DNA from: Candidatus Nanopusillus sp.
GTDB lineage: Archaea > Nanobdellota > Nanobdellia > Nanobdellales > Nanobdellaceae
DNA: 32,000 nt
Direction of reading: 5' to 3'
Assembly: GCA_049414405.1 (NCBI GenBank)
Contig: JBMSAQ010000015.1
Coordinates: forward strand, 90,001 to 122,000
Part shown: one piece after another, positions 8,243 through 15,681 of the stretch
Layout of the letters: every line of letters begins with the position of its first letter
How positions within the stretch are numbered: the stretch's first letter is position 1
Made by a program: the position numbers and the translations under genes
The notes under the pieces: generated by a model
Seen by the model: only the letters and a program-made list of their open reading frames with translations
What the model was told of the DNA's origin: nothing
Database searches by the model: none

Positions 8243-8560
8243 ATGGAAGTACTGAACAAAAAAATTATAACACCAGCAAATGTTAAAAGTATATTATTAA
8301 AAAATAAAGAAAGGAGAAATTTATTATATATAGAAGAAAGAACGTTGAAATTCCTTAACAATACATATAAATTAGATGAAAATGAAGAAAAAGAAATATT
8401 GAAAGTTTTAAAAGATATAAATTTACCTGATGAGGTAAAAATACAAATATTAGAAATGTTGCCAAAAAATGAGGAAGAATTAAGAGTAGTATTATATACA
8501 CATACTTTAAGCAAACAAGATATGGAAAAAATATTAAATTTAATAAAGAAATATGGATAG
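8243..8560 (+). CDS. rpoF: DNA-directed RNA polymerase subunit F (Rpo4)
   Basis: 105 aa, helical and Lys/Glu-rich. Lies in the conserved archaeal L21e-RpoF-DUF655 neighbourhood. Overlaps the next gene by 8 nt. Confidence 0.7.
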   Translation: MEVLNKKIITPANVKSILLKNKERRNLLYIEERTLKFLNNTYKLDENEEKEILKVLKDINLPDEVKIQILEMLPKNEEELRVVLYTHTLSKQDMEKILNLIKKYG

Positions 8561-9092
8561 AAAAGAAGAGTATGCAGTTGTAATATATTATTTACCTGGA
8601 GGTGACCCCACAAAAAATATAAAAGAGCCAGCAGTATATGTAGTTGGAAGAGATTATTTCACATTACTATTATTAACATTAAAACCTGGTGTTACAGTAA
8701 ATTTATTTGAAGAACTATATATTGGAAATAAACAAAGGGATAAAGTAAGATCAGTACTAAGAAAATTATCATTTGATGAATTACCAGAAATTGCAAAAGC
8801 AAATTTAGAAAAAGCAATAAAAGATTTAATAATAAAAAATGAGAAAAAATTCGTAGAATTCTTTAATAAAGCTGGTCCATTAAATATCAGAATTCATTCA
8901 TTAGAATTATTACCAGATATTGGAAAAGTAACTGTACAAAAAATTATAGAAGAAAGGCAGAAGAAACCATTTGAATCATTTAAAGATATTGAAGAAAGAG
9001 TAAAAGGAATTAAAAATATACAAAACATAATTTACGAAAGAATAATCAGAGAGTTATCTGAAAAAGAAAAGACAAAATTATTCACTATCTAG
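8553..9092 (+). CDS. DUF655 (COG1491) predicted RNA-binding protein
   Basis: EEYAVVIYYLPGG...FTLLLLTLKPG...FVEFFNKAGPLNIRIHSLELLPDIGKVTVQKIIEERQKKPFESFKDIEERV matches the DUF655 pattern, including the helix-hairpin-helix region. Confidence 0.8.
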   Translation: MDRKEEYAVVIYYLPGGDPTKNIKEPAVYVVGRDYFTLLLLTLKPGVTVNLFEELYIGNKQRDKVRSVLRKLSFDELPEIAKANLEKAIKDLIIKNEKKFVEFFNKAGPLNIRIHSLELLPDIGKVTVQKIIEERQKKPFESFKDIEERVKGIKNIQNIIYERIIRELSEKEKTKLFTI

Positions 9093-9353
9093 CTTTATAT
9101 TATTTAACTTTGCTTTTATCTTTAAATATTTTTCATACTTTGTTAATTCAATATTACTCTTTTCTTTTATACTGATTAATAATAATTGCTTCATGAATTT
9201 TTTCCATTTTCTTTTATTCATTGTAACATTTCTTAAATGTGATTTCATCAAATGTCTGCTATATTTTTTACTATTTACAAATATATGACCGCATAATGGG
9301 CATTTAAATATTTCTCTTCCATTTCTGTCAATTTCCCTTACAGCATGTAACAT
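9078..9353 (-). CDS. Small C2H2 zinc-finger protein
   Basis: CPLCGHIFVNSKKYSRHLMKSH is a C-x2-C-x12-H-x4-H motif. Basic C-terminal half. Lies 30 nt downstream of fibrillarin on the same strand. Confidence 0.6.
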   Translation of the reverse strand: MLHAVREIDRNGREIFKCPLCGHIFVNSKKYSRHLMKSHLRNVTMNKRKWKKFMKQLLLISIKEKSNIELTKYEKYLKIKAKLNNIKLDSE

Positions 9354-9383
9354 TTTTTATATATTTATGATAACCTTTAAAAA

Positions 9384-10058
9384 TTATTTATTTTGAATTA
9401 AAAAAATCGAATGATCAATATGATATGGCTCTAATCTTACTTCTTTTATTATCTTTAATCCGTAATCTTCTAATTCCTTTCTTACTGCCCTAAATATCTC
9501 TTTTGGATCCTTAGATACATCAATTGATCTAGCTTTTACCGCTAAAAACCCATATCCTTTATTCTTTAAATAGTATTCTATATTTTTAATAAATATTTTT
9601 ACCTGATGTGGTTGAGCAACGTCCTGATATATCAAATCAACCTTTGTAACAATATGCAAATATTCCCATGGTTTATCAGCATCTGCTAATATTCCAATAA
9701 TATTTTTTCTATCATATAGTACCGAAACTAAATCCCTTAATATTCTTGAAGAAACATCTATACCAAATATTAATCCATTTTTATCAACTATATCAGAAAT
9801 ATGAGATGCTGTTGTACCGGAAGCAATACCTAAATATAATATTCTATCACCCCTATCAATTGGTACTTCTCCAATATTTTTCTTAATTGCTGCTGCTAAT
9901 TTAGACCTATTTACAATCCATTCTCTATATTCTTCATTATTATATTTAATCAACTTCTCTTCATATAAACTCTTCCCAGGTACTAAATTTTTTGTATATA
10001 ATCTCCCTTTCTCATCAATAAATATATTTTTATTTTCCTTTAGTGGTTTTAATTTCAT
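9384..10058 (-). CDS. flpA: Fibrillarin (C/D box sRNP 2'-O-methyltransferase)
   Basis: EYREWIVNRSKLAAAI, ILYLGIASGTTASHISDIV, DVAQPHQ and KARSIDVS motifs. 4-nt overlap with nop5. Confidence 0.95.
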   Translation of the reverse strand: MKLKPLKENKNIFIDEKGRLYTKNLVPGKSLYEEKLIKYNNEEYREWIVNRSKLAAAIKKNIGEVPIDRGDRILYLGIASGTTASHISDIVDKNGLIFGIDVSSRILRDLVSVLYDRKNIIGILADADKPWEYLHIVTKVDLIYQDVAQPHQVKIFIKNIEYYLKNKGYGFLAVKARSIDVSKDPKEIFRAVRKELEDYGLKIIKEVRLEPYHIDHSIFLIQNK

Positions 10059-11038
10059 TTTTCAGATAATTCTCTAAATCTTTTATCCAATTCTTCCTTC
10101 AATTTATGATATATTATTTTTCCATTCAGATCTGCTTTCACTGCGATAGATATTTTTGATGCTAATGTTCTAGCCATTGCTCCTCTTCTTTTTGGTGGTA
10201 ATCTTTGCAAATATGGATGATTAAATATTACACCATGCTTTGGGGGTTTTATACCCTTAGATAAATGTAAAAATAATGCCTTTTCTGCACCTAAAACCTG
10301 TATTGTTGATGAGGGTAATAATGATAATTCTTTCAATCCACTGGCTAATAATATTAATCTTGCACCAATTTTTGGAGTAGCAATTTCTGATAAATTTGGA
10401 GCAATTTCTTTCATTAATTTTTCAATATAATTTTCTAAATCTTTTCTTAAATCATACAACTCTTTTATCTTTAATGATATTTCATTCATTATTTCTAAAT
10501 CTTCCTTCTTAAATATTTTTCCACCCATTGTTTTGTTGATATTATATTTTTTCATCAATTCTTCCCTATCAGAATTTACAATTGCTCTTATAAATTTTTC
10601 ATGATCTTCAATTTCTTGTGAAATTTCTGGAAGATATAATCCGTACCATTCTCTAAATCTCTCCATGAATAAATTTAGTGTTTTATTCAAATCGTCAAGA
10701 AAACTTATTGCCTGAATTATTATTTCATCCTTACTTATAGAATCTGATATTTGTTCTTTTAATAAGCCAATAAATAACTTATTATCAATTTTCTCTTCTC
10801 CAATTTTTTCCATTACCTTTCTTATCATACTTATATCTTCTGTATATTTATATCCATCAAATCTTTGTCCAATAAAAATATCATTTTCCTTTATATATTT
10901 CTTTACCTTTTCAGGTAATTTATTTTTATATATTTCTTTTAAATCATCTAAATTCAACTCTACATTAATTTTCTGAAAATTTTCTAAATTATCATCAAAT
11001 ATATATAATCCATTATATCTCAACAAAATATAGCTCAT
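10055..11038 (-). CDS. nop5: Nop5 (Nop56/58) C/D box sRNP protein
   Basis: C-terminal NOP domain GAEKALFLHLSKGIKPPKHGVIFNHPYLQ...RGAMARTLASKISIAVKAD. Directly upstream of fibrillarin. Confidence 0.9.
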   Translation of the reverse strand: MSYILLRYNGLYIFDDNLENFQKINVELNLDDLKEIYKNKLPEKVKKYIKENDIFIGQRFDGYKYTEDISMIRKVMEKIGEEKIDNKLFIGLLKEQISDSISKDEIIIQAISFLDDLNKTLNLFMERFREWYGLYLPEISQEIEDHEKFIRAIVNSDREELMKKYNINKTMGGKIFKKEDLEIMNEISLKIKELYDLRKDLENYIEKLMKEIAPNLSEIATPKIGARLILLASGLKELSLLPSSTIQVLGAEKALFLHLSKGIKPPKHGVIFNHPYLQRLPPKRRGAMARTLASKISIAVKADLNGKIIYHKLKEELDKRFRELSEK

Positions 11039-11349
11039 TTTAATATCTTTAACGATATTCTAAATCCTTTTGATGGAATTTGCATATTTATAAAATAATT
11101 TTTGAAAAATCTTTCATCATTCGCAACATCTAAAAATCTTCTATATATTTTTATTTGATATGTTTCATATATCTTTGTTCCTCTCTTTCCTAATGTTCTC
11201 ATAGTTGGTATTCTAATTACCTTTGTTGGTAAATTAACAGGACCTCTCTTTTCAATACCCAATTGTTCAATTATTTTTAACAATTGATTAGTAAACTGGT
11301 TCATTGTTTTTAAATCTGTTCCCCACATTTTAATCCTTATCATTGACAT
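11035..11349 (-). CDS. rps10: 30S ribosomal protein S10 (uS10)
   Basis: IRIKMWGTDLKTMNQFTNQLL...RGPVNLPTKVIRIPTMR...YQIKIYRRFLDV matches the S10 pattern. 4-nt overlap with nop5. Confidence 0.9.
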   Translation of the reverse strand: MSMIRIKMWGTDLKTMNQFTNQLLKIIEQLGIEKRGPVNLPTKVIRIPTMRTLGKRGTKIYETYQIKIYRRFLDVANDERFFKNYFINMQIPSKGFRISLKILK

Positions 11350-11373
11350 AAATTGATAATATGTATTATATTT

Positions 11374-13254
11374 TTAAATGCTTTCTACAGGTTCAATTCT
11401 TAATATATAAAATATTTTATTCAATACTTCTTTCGTTAAATATACTAGGAATAACCTATGTGGATACTTATCTTTATAATTTAATATTGGGACATTCTGG
11501 TAAAATTCATTAAATGATCTAACCAAATCTATTAAATATCTATACAAATGGTTTAATTCTAATGATTTTTCAATATCATAAATTATATCTTTAAATCTAA
11601 ATAGATTAATAATTAATTTCTCTTCATATTTATTTAATTCATTTATTTCAAATTCTTCAGGTATTTTATCAACTTTATTTAATAATGATCTTATCCTTGC
11701 ATATGTATACAAAAAGTATATTACATTTCCTTCTTCTAAATTTAACATTTTATCGATATCGAATAGTATTGTAGTATTTCTATCATATTTTAACATTTCC
11801 AATGATATAAAACTTTTTACTATCCTTTCAGAAATTTCTTTATCTTTAAATTTATCATATGCAATATTATATAATTTCTCATATAATTCATCAACATTTA
11901 TATACAATCCTTTTCTTCCAGACATTTTTATATCTTCATTTATTCCAAATATTTTTGCAGTATTTCTATGTAATCTAACCAACCCATATCCATAATATAT
12001 ATATTTAGATTCTTTATCAATTTCTTCAATTATCCTTTTCACCATTAATTGATTATGCATTTGTTCCATTCCAATTACATTTATTGAAACTTTACATAGT
12101 TCAATTTCTTTTCCCTCATTATTTACTTCATATATATATTCATCATTCGGTTGTTTTATATATTCTTTAAATTTAATATTTGATCTAATTATACCATGTT
12201 TCCACATTGCATATGCAATATCTTTTGCAATATATGTGGTAGTTCCATCTGATCTTACAAGAACCTTTTCTTTATTTGAATATGCTCTATATATATCTTC
12301 CCATCTTGTTAAATCCAGAGAAATTGTACCATTCTTTTTTATCATTTTATTTTCTTCCAATATTTTTAATGCACTATCAAATAATTTATACCTTAATATG
12401 TCGGATTCTCTAATAATTATATTAAAATGTATATTAAATTTCCACAATGTATTTAATTGTTCATATAAAATTTTTTCCGATATTCTTTTAGATAAATAAT
12501 ATACATCATTATTACCTTCTTCAATCATCTTTATAATATTATATTTGTATTTTTCTAATTCTGGAATTATTTCATATAATTTATTAACTATTACATATAT
12601 AAAATCTCCATAATAGTGATCAAATTTCTCAGGAACTTCATATCCATATAAACTTTTCAATAATCTCATTCTTTCCAAAAATATTTCTCTAATTTTTTCA
12701 TCATATTCTTCTTTATATATATTCTCTTTTATTAAAAAATCTTTTATATTGTTTATTACTTTTTCTAAGTTGAAATCTTTTGGTTCTTCAGGTATCTTCA
12801 AATAACATATTCCTAAAATGTTATCACTAACCTGAACTCCTGTATCATCTATATAATTTATTACGTGTATATCATAATTTAATGTTTTAAACAATCTATA
12901 CAGAGAATCTCCAATTATTGAATTTCTTAAATGGCCTATATGTAATGCTTTATTAGGATTTGCTGATGTATGCTCTAAAAATATTCTAACATTCTTTTTT
13001 TCAAAATCAAACAATTTTCTATAATTTTCTAATAATTTTCCCTTATTCAACTTAATATTTAGATATCCGTTTATAAATTTGTAATCTAAAACAAATTCTC
13101 TTATTTTTTCAATTATTTCATTTACTAATATATTTATGTCTTTTCTTTTTTTCATTTCTTTGAACAATTTAATTGCTATATCATAATCTAAATTCTTTGG
13201 GGGTTCAGAAAATTCTATATCATAATCTTTTAATTTTTCTTTTATTATCCACAT
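11374..13254 (-). CDS. argS: Arginine--tRNA ligase
   Basis: EHTSANPNKALHIGHLRNSIIGDSL (HIGH region, ArgRS-specific context) with class I length and layout. I place the start at MWIIKEK (13254). The 23-codon track extension to 13323 would overlap the divergent mini-pilin gene and its TATA-like elements. Confidence 0.9.
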   Translation of the reverse strand: MWIIKEKLKDYDIEFSEPPKNLDYDIAIKLFKEMKKRKDINILVNEIIEKIREFVLDYKFINGYLNIKLNKGKLLENYRKLFDFEKKNVRIFLEHTSANPNKALHIGHLRNSIIGDSLYRLFKTLNYDIHVINYIDDTGVQVSDNILGICYLKIPEEPKDFNLEKVINNIKDFLIKENIYKEEYDEKIREIFLERMRLLKSLYGYEVPEKFDHYYGDFIYVIVNKLYEIIPELEKYKYNIIKMIEEGNNDVYYLSKRISEKILYEQLNTLWKFNIHFNIIIRESDILRYKLFDSALKILEENKMIKKNGTISLDLTRWEDIYRAYSNKEKVLVRSDGTTTYIAKDIAYAMWKHGIIRSNIKFKEYIKQPNDEYIYEVNNEGKEIELCKVSINVIGMEQMHNQLMVKRIIEEIDKESKYIYYGYGLVRLHRNTAKIFGINEDIKMSGRKGLYINVDELYEKLYNIAYDKFKDKEISERIVKSFISLEMLKYDRNTTILFDIDKMLNLEEGNVIYFLYTYARIRSLLNKVDKIPEEFEINELNKYEEKLIINLFRFKDIIYDIEKSLELNHLYRYLIDLVRSFNEFYQNVPILNYKDKYPHRLFLVYLTKEVLNKIFYILRIEPVESI

Positions 13255-13305
13255 AAAATTGATTTTTATAAAAAGTTTAAAAATATGGCAATTGTATAAA
13301 AATTT

Positions 13306-13512
13306 ATGATAAAGAGAGGTCAATCTCTAACAATTAACACATTAGTTATATTGATATTGGTCCTTGTTGCCTTAATATTCATAATCTTATTTTTTACAGG
13401 TACGTTTTCTAAAGGTACAACTGGAGTAAATAATGTACTAAATCCCGCATTAAATCAAACAAATCAAACAGGCCAACTAATCAACAATTTACCAAATCAG
13501 ATTAATGGTTAA
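13306..13512 (+). CDS. Class III signal peptide (type IV pilin-like) mini-protein, 68 aa
   Basis: MIKRGQSLTINTLVILILVLVALIFIILFF carries the textbook archaeal prepilin motif (K/R)-G followed by Q/S, then a hydrophobic helix. Tail has NQTNQT sequons. TATA-like TTTAAAAATA is centred about 26 nt upstream of the ATG. Confidence 0.7.
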   Translation: MIKRGQSLTINTLVILILVLVALIFIILFFTGTFSKGTTGVNNVLNPALNQTNQTGQLINNLPNQING

Positions 13513-13581
13513 TCTTATATATTTGATAATACAACATAACTTTCTACAAGCCAATCTTCTACATAATAAATCAATTAAAAT

Positions 13582-13764
13582 ATGAAAAGATCTGATGTTA
13601 TTAATTTTATAATCTTCTTAATAATTGGGCTTGTTGTTTTAGTATTGGTTATAATTTTTGTAGTTCCACAAACAACGAAAATAATGTCATCTCAACAAAA
13701 TCTATCAAATGTATCAAACAATGTTCTAAATCAAACATTTAGCAATATATCAAATATCAATTAA
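13582..13764 (+). CDS. Mini-pilin-like protein, 60 aa
   Basis: MKRSDVINFIIFLIIGLVVLVLVIIFVV, then tail QQNLSNVSNNVLNQTFSNISNIN with 4 sequons. Tandem to the 68-aa paralog. Confidence 0.6.
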   Translation: MKRSDVINFIIFLIIGLVVLVLVIIFVVPQTTKIMSSQQNLSNVSNNVLNQTFSNISNIN

Positions 13765-13850
13765 ATAAAAATCTTATGTAGTTTATATTTTTAACTTTAA
13801 ATTCTATTATTTTTCATTTTCGTTATCTTAAAAATATTTAACTTAGGTCT

Positions 13851-13921
13851 TGGGCCCGGGGGGATTCGAACCCCCGCCAATGGGTCTGGAGCCCACCGTC
13901 CTGCCACTAGACTACGGGCCC
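13851..13921 (-). tRNA. tRNA-Trp (anticodon CCA), no intron, CCA end not encoded
   Basis: Hand-folded cloverleaf: acceptor GGGCCCG/CGGGCCC, D arm GTCT-AGTGGCA-GGAC, anticodon arm GTGGG-CTCCAGA-CCCAT, T arm GGGGG-TTCGAAT-CCCCC, discriminator A. GC-rich island in AT-rich DNA. Confidence 0.9.
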
Positions 13922-14226
13922 TAAAACTCTTCTTCAATTTTTAAATATCCTTTCTTTTTTAACCATTCAACTTCAGTATCTGTATATGAATACAATATAT
14001 CTCCTTTTTTATCTGATTGCAACTCCCATGGTTCTACTAATACATATGTACCTTTTTTTAACCATATGTTTCTATTCATTTTTCTATTTTGCGGAACTCT
14101 ACATATTCTTGTTTTTCCATCAAAACATCTTACCCTGGCATGTGCCCAACCAACAACCTCTTCAATTATTCCTATAACTTGTCTACCCTTTGGAATGGGT
14201 ATCCCTTCCTCTTCTAAAAGAGGCAT
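13921..14226 (-). CDS. eif1a: Translation initiation factor 1A (aIF1A)
   Basis: S1-like OB-fold sequence GRQVIGIIEEVVGWAHARVRCFDGKTRICRVPQNRKMNRNIWLKKGTYVLVEPW. The last base of its TAG stop is G1 of tRNA-Trp. Confidence 0.9.
   Translation of the reverse strand: MPLLEEEGIPIPKGRQVIGIIEEVVGWAHARVRCFDGKTRICRVPQNRKMNRNIWLKKGTYVLVEPWELQSDKKGDILYSYTDTEVEWLKKKGYLKIEEEF
13938..13948 (-). promoter_or_regulatory. TATA-like element ATATTTAAAAA inside the aIF1A 3' coding end, 17-27 nt upstream of tRNA-Trp position 1
   Basis: Read on the minus strand. A similar ATATAAAAATT lies 24-34 nt upstream of tRNA-Ile. The spacing here is shorter than the canonical archaeal value of about -26, so this is a weak call. 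Confidence 0.25.
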
Positions 14227-14258
14227 TTAAAAAATTCTATAAATTAAGCATTAATAAT

Positions 14259-14417
14259 TTACCATTCTTCTTCCCATTCTTCTTCCCAGTCTTCTTCCCA
14301 GTCCTCATCAAATTCCTCATAAAATTCTTCTCCCAATTCTTCTTCATCTTCTTCCTCTTCTTCCATTTCTCTCATTCTTAATTCTCTTATCCTATTTTTT
14401 AAGTCTTCCCAATCCAT
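14259..14417 (-). CDS. Unannotated 52-aa hyper-acidic Trp-repeat mini-protein
   Basis: Hand translation: MDWEDLKNRIRELRMREMEEEEEDEEELGEEFYEEFDEDWEEDWEEEWEEEW. TATA-like TTTTATAAAA lies about 24-33 nt upstream of the ATG. Sits between the NMD3-like gene and aIF1A on the same strand. The track instead shows an antisense shadow ORF (14190-14381). Confidence 0.4.
   Translation of the reverse strand: MDWEDLKNRIRELRMREMEEEEEDEEELGEEFYEEFDEDWEEDWEEEWEEEW
14262..14309. repeat. Four tandem 12-nt units (ccattcttcttc x2, ccagtcttcttc, ccagtcctcatc)
   Basis: Read directly. On the minus strand they encode the (D/E)(D/E)(D/E)W repeats at the C-terminus of the acidic mini-ORF. Confidence 0.85.
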
Positions 14418-14453
14418 ACCCTTTTATTATTATCTAAACTTTTATAAAATTTT

Positions 14454-14972
14454 TCATGAATTTTCATCACCCCTTAGCAATATTGTCACAATATATTTTT
14501 TATTTCCCTTATTTTTATCATAGCCAACTAATTTTTTACTTAATTTCACTTTTCCGTATTTTTTTAATATGTTATAATAACTTTTTACCCTATTTTTTCC
14601 CACATATAAATATATATCAATATCTTTTTCGTTTATTTCATCCACTTTTTTTATTATATCTTTATTTTTCTTCGCTATTTTCAATATTTCATCTTCAATA
14701 ATTTTATTATATCCTCTTATTTGCAAAATTAAATTTGCTTTTCTAGTTAAACCCTTACATCTTGGACAAATAGTATATTCACACTCAAAATTATTAATAT
14801 TAAGGTTATTATACCATCTATTACGATATTTCACCCTTCCACAATATTTACATACATATATTTTTTCCTTCTTTTTTTCTTTCTTTTTATTTATTTTTAA
14901 ATAACATTCATAACAAAGTCCGTCATATAATTTTTCAACTTCTCTTCCACAGGAAGGGCAAATTCTTTTCAT
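14454..14972 (-). CDS. NMD3-like zinc-ribbon protein (short form, 172 aa)
   Basis: CPSCGREVEKLYDGLCYECY, CKYCGRVKYRNRW and CPRCKGLTRKANLILQIRG follow the NMD3 N-terminal Cys-cluster pattern, including the 'a.lQ.R' segment. My recollection is that archaeal NMD3 homologs are considerably longer. Confidence 0.55.
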   Translation of the reverse strand: MKRICPSCGREVEKLYDGLCYECYLKINKKKEKKKEKIYVCKYCGRVKYRNRWYNNLNINNFECEYTICPRCKGLTRKANLILQIRGYNKIIEDEILKIAKKNKDIIKKVDEINEKDIDIYLYVGKNRVKSYYNILKKYGKVKLSKKLVGYDKNKGNKKYIVTILLRGDENS

Positions 14973-15256
14973 AAATAAATAACAAAAGTATATGGTATCC
15001 CAGCAATTCTCTTAATATCCTTTTCATCAATTATTTTTTTCTCCTTTAATATATTGATAGATTCTTCTCCAACAGCATATATAAAATATATATCTTCAAA
15101 ATCCTTTTCATCAATCATTTCCTTTTCTTCTCCATTAAAAAATTCATTTAGTTCTAATACAAACTCTCCTTCTTCAAATTTTTTTCCATATAAATTTTTA
15201 TCACATAAGACTAAAACATATCCATGACTATCTCTATATTTTTTTACCAATATCAT
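14969..15256 (-). CDS. DUF424 (COG2412) family protein
   Basis: MILVKKYRDSHGYVLVLCDKNLYGKKFEEGEFVLELNEFFNGEE matches the DUF424 N-terminal pattern. The family is commonly linked to aIF2-beta. Confidence 0.6.
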   Translation of the reverse strand: MILVKKYRDSHGYVLVLCDKNLYGKKFEEGEFVLELNEFFNGEEKEMIDEKDFEDIYFIYAVGEESINILKEKKIIDEKDIKRIAGIPYTFVIYL

Positions 15257-15681
15257 TTTAACCTATATATTACTGGACTTTCTGCACCACAAGCTAAACA
15301 TTTAATAATATATACCCTTTCCCTCTTTTCCAATTTTGTGTCTAACTTTTTACATATTAGACATCTAACAAATATATCTATAAATTTATCTATCTTTGCC
15401 TTTATTTTCTCAAATTCTATCTTTTTCTGCAATATTATTTTCTTATCTTCAACTTTCGATGCAACATTAAATTCCTTTCTTAAAAATTCTGCTAATAAAT
15501 TTATGTCTCTATTTATTATATCACAAATTGTCCCGGCATTTTCTATAGATGTCCATTTTCCAATATGATTTATTTTTGGTAATGGTATATTTATTGATCC
15601 TAGCATAGATCCGTGTAAAACTTTCATACTACTCAATTTTTTATATGCTTCATCTAACATTTCTTCGTATGTTGGTATCAT
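15253..15681 (-). CDS. eif2b: Translation initiation factor 2 subunit beta (aIF2-beta)
   Basis: N-terminal YEEMLDEAYKKL helix, central domain, and C-terminal zinc ribbon CLICKKLDTKLEKRERVYIIKCLACGA. Confidence 0.85.
   Translation of the reverse strand: MIPTYEEMLDEAYKKLSSMKVLHGSMLGSINIPLPKINHIGKWTSIENAGTICDIINRDINLLAEFLRKEFNVASKVEDKKIILQKKIEFEKIKAKIDKFIDIFVRCLICKKLDTKLEKRERVYIIKCLACGAESPVIYRLK

Noticed and set aside
13255-13323. A 23-codon N-terminal extension of ArgRS (MTSLYHKFLYNCHIFKLFIKINF) given by the ORF track.
   Set aside because: It would overlap the divergent mini-pilin gene start and cover the TATA-like elements of the shared promoter region. MWIIKEKL at 13254 is a plausible ArgRS N-terminus.
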